A stretch of DNA of 64,000 bases from Oscillospiraceae bacterium (lineage in GTDB: Bacteria > Bacillota > Clostridia > Oscillospirales > Feifaniaceae), in contig CAXXUP010000002.1 of the NCBI GenBank assembly GCA_963662765.2, positions 164,568 to 228,567 on the forward strand, given 5' to 3'. Position numbers and translations under genes: made by a program. Of this stretch, positions 1-8,870 are shown one piece after another (position 1 is the first letter of the stretch; each line of letters begins with the position of its first letter). The notes beneath the pieces are model-generated. The model saw only the letters and a program-made list of their open reading frames with translations. It searched no databases and had not been told where the DNA came from.

Positions 1-2
1 TC

Positions 3-146
3 TCCCAAAGAGAGCAAAAACTGCTGCTGCTTCGGTATTACCGAAGCCGTACCCAGCAGGAGACGGCAGCGGAGCTTGGCATTTCGCAGGTGCAAGTGTC
101 GCGCCTCGAAAAGAGGGCCTTGACCAAGCTACGGGAAATCATCTGA
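3..146 (+). CDS. 3' end of an RNA polymerase sigma factor (region 4 HTH), SigF/SigB group; the 5' part lies outside the window
   Basis: Frame 3 reads ...LLLLRYYRSRTQQETAAELGISQVQVSRLEKRALTKLREII and stops at TGA 144-146. RYY..TQ.E.A..LGISQVQ.SRLEK matches the region 4.2 signature of Bacillus SigF-type sigmas. Confidence 0.7.
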   Translation, partial: SQREQKLLLLRYYRSRTQQETAAELGISQVQVSRLEKRALTKLREII

Positions 147-164
147 AAATCCCATACTTTACCC

Positions 165-204
165 GGCGGGCGGCCCTTTTTTGTAGGGGGCCGCCCGCTC
201 TTTT
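165..204 (+). terminator. Rho-independent terminator after the sigma gene
   Basis: GGCGGGCGGCCC (165-176) pairs with GGGCCGCCCGC (188-198). The stem is followed by TCTTTT. Confidence 0.7.
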
Positions 205-265
205 AAGGTCGTATTTACATTTGAACAATTGCTTTTTCGGTCAAAATCGTATATGATATTTTTCT

Positions 266-2647
266 ATGATGGAAAGGGGTGGTACGGTGGCAGCGCTCAC
301 CGAGCGATACGCCGCGGCAAGACATACCATCGTCTCGCGGGACTTTGCGAATATGAATGCGGAGCAGCGCCGTGCGGTGCTGGCGCCGGACGGTGCCATG
401 CTCATTTTAGCGGGAGCGGGCTCCGGAAAGACGACGGTCTTAGTCAATCGGATCGCTTACCTCATCAAATACGGCAACCTGCTGGACATGGAGCCAGATG
501 CTCCCAGTGAGGCAGCCGTCAGTCTGCTCGAGGAATATGCCCAAAACCCGGACCCCGACTTTGAAGAGCATGTTCTCTCGGTCATGGGGGTTCGTCCCGT
601 TAAACCGTGGCGGATTTTGGCTGTCACCTTCACAAACAAGGCGGCCGGTGAACTGCGGGAACGGCTTGTCAAAAAAATCGGGCCCGCCGGGGCTGAGGTT
701 ACGGCCGGCACGTTCCATTCCATTTGCGCAAAAATGCTCAGGAGGGACGCAGATAAACTCGGATATCCCGCGGACTTCACGATATACGACGGCGACGACG
801 CAAAAAAGGTCATGAAGGAATGCGTCAAGGCGGCAGGCCTTGACGACAAGAAATTCCCAGCCGGCGCCATGCTGTCGGTCATCGGCCGGGCCAAGGATAC
901 GCTGCAGTCCCCCGGAGACTTCATAAAGGCGACCGAATCGGACTACCGACTGTCCCGCATCTCGAAACTCTATGAACTCTACCAGCGTCGGCTTAAATCG
1001 GCCGGTGCCATGGACTTCGACGACCTCATCTTCAACACGGTGAAGCTGCTGCAAGAGCACGCCGATGTGCGGGAAACTTATCGCCGGCGGTACGACTACG
1101 TGCTGGTCGACGAGTATCAGGACACCAGCCGCGCACAGTTTGCCTTAACCGAGCTTCTGGCCGAGGGCGGCGGCAACATCATGGTGGTCGGCGATGACGA
1201 CCAGAGCATCTACAGCTTCCGCGGGGCGACCATCGAGAACATCTTAAGTTTTGAGACCCGGCATCCCGACTGCACCGTCATCAAGCTGGAGCAAAACTAC
1301 CGGTCGACCGGAACCATTCTGGCCTGCGCCAACTCGGCCATCTCCCGAAACACCTCCCGCAAAGGCAAAAACCTTTGGACAAGCGCTCCCGAAGGGGAAA
1401 AGGTGGGCTTTTTCAGGGGGGACGATGCCTATGCCGAAGCGCAGTTCATTGCCGACCAGGCACTGGCGATGGCAGCTACCGGACGGCCCTACAACGACTT
1501 TGCGGTGCTCTACCGCACCAACGCCCAGTCGGCCGTCATCGAGGAAACGCTCATCAAGTCGGGGCTTCCGTACCGCATCTTCGGAGGCATGAAGTTCTAT
1601 GAGCGCAAGGAGATCAAGGATGTCGTCGCCTACCTCACGGCGCTTGTCAACAAAGAGGACACCCTGCGGCTCTCCCGCATTATCAACGAACCCAAACGGG
1701 GGATCGGGGAGACGACGGTGGCGACTTTGGAGCGCATTGCGGCCGCGGAAGGCGCCACGATGATAGAAATTGCGGCAGCAGCAGATGCCTATCCGGATTT
1801 ATCAAGGTCGGAGGCAAAGCTCAAAGCCTTTGCCGCCATGATTGGGGAACTGACCGAGTTCTCGGAGCATTCCCTGCCCACCGAAGTGTTGGGGGCGGTG
1901 CTTGAAAAGACCGGATACCTCGATTATGTGAAGGCGCAGGATGCGGCCGACGGCCGCGACCGCACGTCCAATATCGGCACTTTGAGCGAAAACGTGGCAA
2001 AGTACGAGGAGAGTGATCCCGAACCCACCATTGCGGGCTTTCTCGAGGGGGCGGCCCTTGCCACCGACCTCGACACCTATGATGAGGCTGCCGGGTATGT
2101 CTCTCTCATGACCATACACTCGGCAAAGGGGCTGGAGTTTCCGGTCGTGTTTTTGACCGGTATGGAGGAGGAGCTCTTTCCGTCGGGGCGGGTGCTCATG
2201 GAACCCATGGAGATGGAGGAGGAGCGCAGGCTCTGCTATGTCGCCATAACAAGAGCCAAAAGCCGTCTTTTTTTGACCTGTGCTGCCCAGCGGCGCACGT
2301 TCAATCTGGTGCTCTATCCGCAGCCCTCCCGCTTCATAAAGGAGATTCCGCAGCAGTATATCGAGGACATGGGCGAGCGCCGCAAAAAGGAGCGGGCCAA
2401 GGTACAGGTCCCCTGGGACCTGCCGACACGCCCCACGGCCCAAAGGATCGCGCCGAAAGCGGCCCCGCAGCAGGCGGGTGTCCAATACGCGCAAGGAGAC
2501 CTTGTACGCCACGGCAGTTTCGGTGCCGGTCGGGTGCTGTCGGTCAAGGAGACGGGCGGCGACCAGCTGCTTGAAATCGACTTTGGCGGTACCGTCAAAA
2601 AACTCATGGCAAATTACGCGGCAAAAATGCTAAAAAAGGAGGGATGA
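266..2647 (+). CDS. pcrA: ATP-dependent DNA helicase PcrA/UvrD family (SF1)
   Basis: 793-aa ORF with Walker A AGAGSGKTT, VDEYQDTS, GDDDQSIYSFRGA, QNYRS, TIHSAKGLEFPVVF and a VAITRA motif. The start is uncertain: a GTG at 287 sits behind AGGGGTGG and is an alternative to ATG 266. Confidence 0.9.
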   Translation: MMERGGTVAALTERYAAARHTIVSRDFANMNAEQRRAVLAPDGAMLILAGAGSGKTTVLVNRIAYLIKYGNLLDMEPDAPSEAAVSLLEEYAQNPDPDFEEHVLSVMGVRPVKPWRILAVTFTNKAAGELRERLVKKIGPAGAEVTAGTFHSICAKMLRRDADKLGYPADFTIYDGDDAKKVMKECVKAAGLDDKKFPAGAMLSVIGRAKDTLQSPGDFIKATESDYRLSRISKLYELYQRRLKSAGAMDFDDLIFNTVKLLQEHADVRETYRRRYDYVLVDEYQDTSRAQFALTELLAEGGGNIMVVGDDDQSIYSFRGATIENILSFETRHPDCTVIKLEQNYRSTGTILACANSAISRNTSRKGKNLWTSAPEGEKVGFFRGDDAYAEAQFIADQALAMAATGRPYNDFAVLYRTNAQSAVIEETLIKSGLPYRIFGGMKFYERKEIKDVVAYLTALVNKEDTLRLSRIINEPKRGIGETTVATLERIAAAEGATMIEIAAAADAYPDLSRSEAKLKAFAAMIGELTEFSEHSLPTEVLGAVLEKTGYLDYVKAQDAADGRDRTSNIGTLSENVAKYEESDPEPTIAGFLEGAALATDLDTYDEAAGYVSLMTIHSAKGLEFPVVFLTGMEEELFPSGRVLMEPMEMEEERRLCYVAITRAKSRLFLTCAAQRRTFNLVLYPQPSRFIKEIPQQYIEDMGERRKKERAKVQVPWDLPTRPTAQRIAPKAAPQQAGVQYAQGDLVRHGSFGAGRVLSVKETGGDQLLEIDFGGTVKKLMANYAAKMLKKEG

Positions 2648-2651
2648 GCGC

Positions 2652-3512
2652 ATGTTCTTGGCAAACGGCTGGCAGGACTATGAAGTGATTGACACTTCGG
2701 GCGGAGAAAAGCTTGAGCGCTGGGGAGACTATACGCTCATCCGGCCGGATCCGCAGGTCATCTGGGAGACGCCCAGAACCGACCCCCGGTGGAATACGGC
2801 AAGCGCCCACTACCACCGCTCGGACAAGGGCGGCGGCATGTGGGAGATCCGGAATCTGCCCGAAGTATGGCGGATTGGCTATGGACCCCTTACCTTTGCC
2901 ATTAAGCCGATGGGCTTCAAGCACACCGGCATCTTTCCGGAGCAGGCCTACAACTGGGACTACTGCGGCAAACTCATCCGAGATGCCGGCAGACCCATCT
3001 CGGTGCTCAACTTATTTGCCTATACCGGCGGGGCGACCTTGGCGGCAGCTGCCGCAGGGGCGGAAGTCTGCCACGTCGACGCCTCGAAAGGCATGGTGGC
3101 CTGGGCCAGAGAAAACGCGGCGCTGTCGGGGCTTTCGGGGTCCCCCATTCGGTATATCGTCGACGACTGCCGCAAATTTGTCGAACGGGAGATCAGGCGG
3201 GGTAAGAAGTACGACGCCGTCATCATGGACCCGCCCTCCTACGGCAGAGGTCCGTCCGGCGAGCTGTGGAAGCTCGAGCAGTCGATCTACCCCTTTATCG
3301 AGCTTGTTGCCGGGGTGCTGTCGGACGCGCCGCTCTTTTTTCTCGTCAACTCCTACACGACGGGGCTCTCGCCCTCGGTCATGGCCTATATTCTCGGCAA
3401 GACGGTGGGGCCTCGCTTTGGCGGGACGGTCTTCGCCGACGAGCTCGGACTTCCGGTCACGGGTTCACCGCCGCTGCCTTGCGGCGCATCAGCTTACTGG
3501 AGGCTTTCATGA
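2652..3512 (+). CDS. Class I SAM-dependent methyltransferase (RlmI/PF10672-like rRNA methyltransferase type)
   Basis: 286-aa ORF starting 5 nt after the pcrA stop. It has GWQDYEVIDTSGGEKLERWG at the N-terminus, LNLFAYTGGATLAAA (SAM-binding glycine loop) and IMDPPSYG. Confidence 0.8.
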   Translation: MFLANGWQDYEVIDTSGGEKLERWGDYTLIRPDPQVIWETPRTDPRWNTASAHYHRSDKGGGMWEIRNLPEVWRIGYGPLTFAIKPMGFKHTGIFPEQAYNWDYCGKLIRDAGRPISVLNLFAYTGGATLAAAAAGAEVCHVDASKGMVAWARENAALSGLSGSPIRYIVDDCRKFVEREIRRGKKYDAVIMDPPSYGRGPSGELWKLEQSIYPFIELVAGVLSDAPLFFLVNSYTTGLSPSVMAYILGKTVGPRFGGTVFADELGLPVTGSPPLPCGASAYWRLS

Positions 3513-4357
3513 GCGAAAAAATGATAGAAACGCAGGCGCTCTCCTTTATCTACACGGGGGAAGAGGGTGAGTGCCTTGTACTGGACGGCATCGACCTTAC
3601 CATCGAGCGCGGCTCTTTTGTGGCTATTATCGGGCACAACGGAAGCGGAAAATCGACTTTGGCAAAGCATTTCAATGCCGTACTGCTGCCGTCAGGCGGC
3701 AAGGTTTTTGTCGATGGCATCGATACAACCAACGAGGCCCGACTTTTCGACATTCGACAGCGGGCAGGAATGGCCTTTCAAAACCCCGACAACCAGATCG
3801 TCGCCACCATCGTGGAAGAGGATGTCGCCTTTGCCCCCGAAAACCTCGGGGTGCCGCAAAAAGAGATTGTCGAGCGGGTTGAACACGCGCTAAAGGCCGT
3901 CGACATGTGGGAATACCGGGAGCATGCGGCCCATCAGCTGTCGGGCGGTCAAAAACAGCGGGTGGCTATTGCCGGCATCATCGCCATGCGCCCCCTTTGC
4001 ATCGTGCTCGACGAGCCGACGGCCATGCTCGACCCGCAAGGGCGCAAAGAAGTGCTGGGGACGATCCAAAGCCTCAACAGGGATGAGGGGATCACGATTA
4101 TTCTCATCACCCACTATATGAACGAGGCGGCCATGGCGGACCGCGTCGTCGTGCTCGACGGGGGAAAAATCGTCATGGACGGCCCCCCGCGGGACGTGTT
4201 TTGCCGGCAGGAGGAGCTGCGTGAGCTCGGCCTCGAGGCCCCGCAGGCGGCGGCCCTCGTCCACCGGCTTCGGGAGTGTCTCCCCTCGCTGCCGGAGGTG
4301 CTGACGCCAAGCGAGGCGGAGGCCGCGATCGCCTCATTGTTTGAGGGGGGTGTGTGA
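3509..4357 (+). CDS. ecfA1: Energy-coupling factor (ECF) transporter ATPase, first copy
   Basis: MSEKMIETQALSFIY... with Walker A GHNGSGKST, signature LSGGQKQRVAIA and Walker B IVLDEPT. ATG 3509 overlaps the upstream stop (ATGA). The 3266 start in the ORF track is an upstream extension in a shadow frame. Confidence 0.9.
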   Translation: MSEKMIETQALSFIYTGEEGECLVLDGIDLTIERGSFVAIIGHNGSGKSTLAKHFNAVLLPSGGKVFVDGIDTTNEARLFDIRQRAGMAFQNPDNQIVATIVEEDVAFAPENLGVPQKEIVERVEHALKAVDMWEYREHAAHQLSGGQKQRVAIAGIIAMRPLCIVLDEPTAMLDPQGRKEVLGTIQSLNRDEGITIILITHYMNEAAMADRVVVLDGGKIVMDGPPRDVFCRQEELRELGLEAPQAAALVHRLRECLPSLPEVLTPSEAEAAIASLFEGGV

Positions 4358-4358
4358 C

Positions 4359-5228
4359 ATGGATATCTTACAGCTTGAGGGTGTCACATACACTTACAGC
4401 CGCGGGACGCCCTTTGAGAAGACAGCCATCGAGGACATCACGTTGGGACTGCCGCAGGGGGAGTTCATCGGCATCATCGGTCACACCGGCAGCGGAAAAT
4501 CGACTCTGGTGCAGCATTTAAACGGGCTTATGCAGCCAAGCTCTGGCCGGGTGCTGCTCGATGGAAAAGATATATGGGCACAGCCGAAAAAAATCCGGCA
4601 AGTGCGCTTTGAGGTGGGGCTTGTGTTCCAGTACCCGGAATACCAGCTCTTTGAAGAGACGGTCTACAAGGACATCGCCTTTGGGCCGACCAACATGGGG
4701 CTCTGTGAGGAGGAGGTCGACCGCAATGTGCGGGAGGCCGCCCGTATGGTCGGAATAGAGGATGGAATGCTCACATCGTCCCCCTTTGAGCTGTCGGGCG
4801 GCCAAAAACGCCGAGTGGCAATCGCCGGCGTCTTGGCCATGAAGCCGCGGGTTTTAGTGCTCGACGAGCCGACGGCGGGACTTGACCCGCAGGGCAGGGA
4901 TGAAATTCTCTCCCGCATCCATGATTACCACGAGGATGCCGGCACCACCGTCGTCTTAGTCTCCCACAGCATGGAGGATGTGGCCCGCCACTCCGACCGG
5001 GTGCTGGTCATCAGCCACGCGAAGGTCGCCATGTACGGCGAGACCCGTGAGGTTTTTGAGCGGGCGTATGAACTTGAAGCGATGGGGCTTGACATCCCGC
5101 AGATCACGAAGGTCTTTATGGGGCTTCGGGACCGGGGCCTGCCGGTCCCCGGCGGCATCTACACGATTGAGGACGCCGAGCGGGAAATTCTGCGGCTTTG
5201 CAGCGAGAGGGGGGTGCCCCATGCTTAA
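4359..5228 (+). CDS. ecfA2: ECF transporter ATPase, second copy
   Basis: MDILQLEGVTYTY..., GHTGSGKST, LSGGQKRRVAIA, LVLDEPTAGLDP. ATG 4359 lies 1 nt after the ecfA1 stop. Confidence 0.9.
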   Translation: MDILQLEGVTYTYSRGTPFEKTAIEDITLGLPQGEFIGIIGHTGSGKSTLVQHLNGLMQPSSGRVLLDGKDIWAQPKKIRQVRFEVGLVFQYPEYQLFEETVYKDIAFGPTNMGLCEEEVDRNVREAARMVGIEDGMLTSSPFELSGGQKRRVAIAGVLAMKPRVLVLDEPTAGLDPQGRDEILSRIHDYHEDAGTTVVLVSHSMEDVARHSDRVLVISHAKVAMYGETREVFERAYELEAMGLDIPQITKVFMGLRDRGLPVPGGIYTIEDAEREILRLCSERGVPHA

Positions 5229-6024
5229 AGACATCACGCTGGGCCAGTTTTTTCCCGGACACTCTTTTGTCCACAAAATGGACGCCAGGGTCAAAATCAT
5301 CTGTGTCATCCTCTATATCGCGTGGCTCTTCTTTGTCAAGACTTTCGCGGCCTACGGGGTTATTGCGGTTTTTCTGGCAGTGGTCGTCATCTCGTCAAAG
5401 ACCCCCTTTCGGACGGTGATTAAAAGTGTCAAGCCACTTATGGCCATCATTGTCATCACGTCGGCCATCAACATTTTCTACACCCCGGGCACCACGATCT
5501 TCGTGCTCGGGTTCCTGAAGCCAACCTGGGAAGGGCTTCGTTCGGCCGCCTTCATGGTGCTGCGAATCATGTTCCTCATCATCGGCACTTCGCTTTTAAC
5601 TTACACCACCTCGCCCATCATGTTGACCGATGCCATCGAGCGGCTACTCGGGCCTTTTAAGAAAATCGGCTTGCCGGTACACGAACTTGCCATGATGATG
5701 ACCATTGCGCTGCGGTTTATTCCGACCTTGATTGAAGAGACCGACAAGATCATGAATGCTCAGAAAGCAAGAGGCGCCGACTTTGAGAGCGGCGGACTCG
5801 TCAAACGGGCGACGGCCTTGGTGCCGATCTTAGTGCCGCTCTTTGTCTCAGCCTTCCGCAGGGCGGATGAGCTTGCCATCGCCATGGAGTGTCGCTGTTA
5901 CCACGGCGGCGCCGGCCGTACCCGCCTCAAGGTCATGAAGATGGGCGGAATCGATTTTGTGGCCGTTGTCATCGTTTTTGCGGTGCTTGGCGGTGTACTT
6001 TGGGCCAATGGATTGCCATATTAA
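5221..6024 (+). CDS. ecfT: ECF transporter transmembrane component EcfT
   Basis: MLKDITLGQFFPGHSFVHKMD..., multi-TM, with the ARGADFES region typical of EcfT. It overlaps the ecfA2 stop. The ecfA1-ecfA2-ecfT-truA order is the canonical Firmicute arrangement. Confidence 0.9.
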   Translation: MLKDITLGQFFPGHSFVHKMDARVKIICVILYIAWLFFVKTFAAYGVIAVFLAVVVISSKTPFRTVIKSVKPLMAIIVITSAINIFYTPGTTIFVLGFLKPTWEGLRSAAFMVLRIMFLIIGTSLLTYTTSPIMLTDAIERLLGPFKKIGLPVHELAMMMTIALRFIPTLIEETDKIMNAQKARGADFESGGLVKRATALVPILVPLFVSAFRRADELAIAMECRCYHGGAGRTRLKVMKMGGIDFVAVVIVFAVLGGVLWANGLPY

Positions 6025-6054
6025 GTCAGACACTGCCCGAAAGGAGGCGCTGCC

Positions 6055-6795
6055 GTGGAGCGACAACTGCTCATTAAACTCTCATTCTTAGGCAGCGCAT
6101 ACGCGGGTTTTCAAGTGCAGCAAAACGCTCCCACCGTGCAGGGGACGATCCAAAAGGCGCTGCGCATGCTGCTGAAGGAAGAGGTCCCGGTCACGGGGTG
6201 CGGACGTACAGATGCCGGCGTCCATGCGCTTGAATACTGTTGCACAACAAAAACCACATCAGACTTTGCACCCTGTAAGCTTGCAAGGGCGCTTAACGCG
6301 AACCTGCCATGCGACATTTCGGTGTCGGAAGTTCTGGAAGTTCCGATGGATTTTCACCCCAGGTACAGCGCCCTCTGGAAGGAGTACCAGTACCGCATCT
6401 GGACGATGCGCCACCGCAACGTGTTTGAGGCGGCGACCAGCTGGCACCATCCCGCCCCTTTTGACATCGAGGCGGTTATCCAAAATGCCCCCTGCTTTGA
6501 AGGGGAGCACGACTTTACCTCCTTCATGGCGGCCGGCAGCAGCATAGAGGACACGAGACGTTCCATATACTTGTGCGAGGCGTTGTTTGCGCAAGGAATG
6601 TTGACCATCCGGGTGCGAGGCGACGGATTTCTCTATAACATGGTGCGCATCATGGTGGGCACCCTTGTGGAGGGCATTGATGTAGAGGCGGCTATCGCCG
6701 CATGCGACCGGTTGGCGGCAGGACCTACGGCACCGGCATGCGGACTGGCCCTCGCAAAAGTTTTCTATCCGACGCTTGGAGGTGACCAGCCATGA
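6055..6795 (+). CDS. truA: tRNA pseudouridine(38-40) synthase TruA
   Basis: GTG start behind AAGGAGG (6041-6047). Contains GFQVQ, GCGRTDAGVHA (catalytic Asp) and GDGFLYNMVRIMVGTL. Confidence 0.9.
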   Translation: MERQLLIKLSFLGSAYAGFQVQQNAPTVQGTIQKALRMLLKEEVPVTGCGRTDAGVHALEYCCTTKTTSDFAPCKLARALNANLPCDISVSEVLEVPMDFHPRYSALWKEYQYRIWTMRHRNVFEAATSWHHPAPFDIEAVIQNAPCFEGEHDFTSFMAAGSSIEDTRRSIYLCEALFAQGMLTIRVRGDGFLYNMVRIMVGTLVEGIDVEAAIAACDRLAAGPTAPACGLALAKVFYPTLGGDQP

Positions 6796-7964
6796 ACGAG
6801 ACGGCACCGAAACTTGTCGACAACCGGCGGGCCAGGAAGCACCGCCGGCTCAAAAAAAAGGCCAGCCGCATTCTCGCCCTCCTACTATTTTTAGTGGGGC
6901 TCACCCTGATCATTTTCCGGCACGACATCGACTACTACTCCATCAAGCTACGCATGGCAGCCCTTATGCGGGGGGGCGAAGGTGCGGGGGAGCTTGTTGA
7001 AATCCCCCTAAGCTTCGACATGTCGGGTAAGACGGTCTGTGGAGTGAACAAAGAAAACCTCGTGCTGCTGTCACAGTCTCGCCTTGCCGTCTACCGCAAG
7101 GATGGTACCACATCGCTCGATGAGACGGTGGCTCTCGGGAACCCCAACATCGTCTCGTCGGGGAATCGGTTTATCGCCTTTGACAGGGGCGGCAAAGACC
7201 TGCTTGTCTGTTCGGGCACCTCAGTCGTCGAGCGGGTTACCGTCCAGCGCCCGATTATCGACGCCCATATCAATGACGGTGGATGGTACGCCGTCGCCGA
7301 GGAGGATCCTGAGTTTCGAGCGGTTGTGACGCTCTACAACAGTTACGGCAAGGCGGCCTATGTTTGGAAGCTTGCCAGCAGCTACTTTTCCGCCGTTCGG
7401 GTCGGCAGCAGTGGACGTATGGTCGTGGCCGGTTTTGACGTGACGGACGGCGGACTGAATTCGACTATCACGGTATTAGAGCGCGCAAGCGAGGAGCCGA
7501 AAGTGAAAATCGAGCTGCCAGACGAGCTTGTGGTGTCTCTGCGGCTCGAGGGTGGGATCATCACCGTCATCACTGACCGCCGCATCGTCTCGTTTGACGA
7601 GAAGACCGGAGAGCAGACGGCGGTCTATGAGCCGGAGGGCAGCGAGCTGCTCGGCGTATCAATGGACCCCGCCGGCGGCATGGCACTGCTGCTCGGCCGG
7701 TATACGGTGGGTGGCGGCGGGGCGCTTGTGATGCTGGACAGCAGGCTCGGGGAGACAGGGCTTGCCGAGACTGACCGCGAAGTACAATATTTGTCGTCGG
7801 CCGCAGGCAAGACCGCCATCGTCTATGACGGGGGCGGAGCGGTCTACGACCAGAGTGGAGGGCTTGTGACCGAGACGCTGCTCTCAGGGGTCAAGGCGGT
7901 GCTGGTGACCCACTCGGGCAGGGTGATTTTTGTCCAGACCGACAAGATGACCACCACAAACTAA
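6792..7964 (+). CDS. Hypothetical membrane-anchored protein (basic N-terminus, one TM, large extracytoplasmic domain)
   Basis: 390-aa ORF overlapping the truA stop by ATGA. RRARKHRRLKKK is followed by the hydrophobic ILALLLFLVGLTLIIF. I recognised no catalytic motif. Confidence 0.7.
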   Translation: MNETAPKLVDNRRARKHRRLKKKASRILALLLFLVGLTLIIFRHDIDYYSIKLRMAALMRGGEGAGELVEIPLSFDMSGKTVCGVNKENLVLLSQSRLAVYRKDGTTSLDETVALGNPNIVSSGNRFIAFDRGGKDLLVCSGTSVVERVTVQRPIIDAHINDGGWYAVAEEDPEFRAVVTLYNSYGKAAYVWKLASSYFSAVRVGSSGRMVVAGFDVTDGGLNSTITVLERASEEPKVKIELPDELVVSLRLEGGIITVITDRRIVSFDEKTGEQTAVYEPEGSELLGVSMDPAGGMALLLGRYTVGGGGALVMLDSRLGETGLAETDREVQYLSSAAGKTAIVYDGGGAVYDQSGGLVTETLLSGVKAVLVTHSGRVIFVQTDKMTTTN

Positions 7965-8125
7965 AACTTAAGCGAACAAAAAAACAATGTGAACAATGGA
8001 ACTGCTTTCTCTCCACGCTGTCTAAAAAAGTACGGATGCACAGTTTAGTTTTATTTAGTAATTCAGACATAATTAGTAAATGTTTTCTCTTAGGATAACT
8101 GGTATAATGAGATGTGAGGTGGACA

Positions 8126-8845
8126 ATGGTAGCTGTACTCGACATCATCTCGGTGGCCGTGCTCGCGTTTAGCGCTGTGTCGGCCGCCAGGAGGGGCTTT
8201 TTCAAGACCATGATCGGCCTTGTCGGTACCTTTGTGGCGCTCGGAGTGGCGGTGGTTTTCGGCGGCGGCGCCGGGGACTGGCTCAACGCCAAGTGGATCG
8301 GGGAGGCCTTTCAATCGGCGGTCGGGGACTATCTCACCCGGTTTGTGACAACGGGGGAGGGAACGCCCAGTTTCACCGAGCAGCTTGAAAAGCTGTTCTC
8401 TACAATGCCGGACGTGCTGCGGGAATTTCTCAGCCGCTATTCGGTCACGGCGGCCGACGTACAAAAAGTCATCTCCTCGGCCACCGGCGACGAAGCCAAG
8501 ACTGCCGTCACAACGGCCATCGCAGGGCCCCTGGCAAGTGCCGTCAGCGCTGCGGCCGGATTTGTACTCGTCTTTATTTTGGCCCTGATCGTCATCCGCA
8601 TTGCCACCTTTGTCGTCGATGCGGTGCTGAAGCTACCGGTGCTCAAATCTCTCAACGGAATCATGGGCATCCTGCTCGGCATTCTTGAAGGCGCAATTAT
8701 CATGATGATTCTGGCGGGTGTTTTGACCTATCTCGCCCCATTCATCAGCAGCTACATACGGCGCGAGCTGAACTCGGATGTCATCAATTCAACAATTCTG
8801 TTCAAGTACTTCTACCAGCTGACACCATTCAAACGCATATTGTAA
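8126..8845 (+). CDS. CvpA-family membrane protein
   Basis: MVAVLDIISVAVLAFSAVSAARRGFFKTMIGLVGTFVALG... with multiple TM segments. ATG 8126 sits behind GAGGTGG; the GTG 8114 of the ORF track is an alternative start. Confidence 0.75.
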   Translation: MVAVLDIISVAVLAFSAVSAARRGFFKTMIGLVGTFVALGVAVVFGGGAGDWLNAKWIGEAFQSAVGDYLTRFVTTGEGTPSFTEQLEKLFSTMPDVLREFLSRYSVTAADVQKVISSATGDEAKTAVTTAIAGPLASAVSAAAGFVLVFILALIVIRIATFVVDAVLKLPVLKSLNGIMGILLGILEGAIIMMILAGVLTYLAPFISSYIRRELNSDVINSTILFKYFYQLTPFKRIL

Positions 8846-8870
8846 GCAATAAATAAGGAGAAAAACGGCT

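Noticed and set aside
3266-3508. Upstream extensions of ecfA1 (3266), ecfT (4978), atpB (33149), atpD (37477), rpsG (60590) and the response regulator (22396).
   Set aside because: In each case the extension overlaps the preceding gene in another frame and lacks an RBS. An internal start with an SD sequence and translational coupling matches the known N-terminus of the family.
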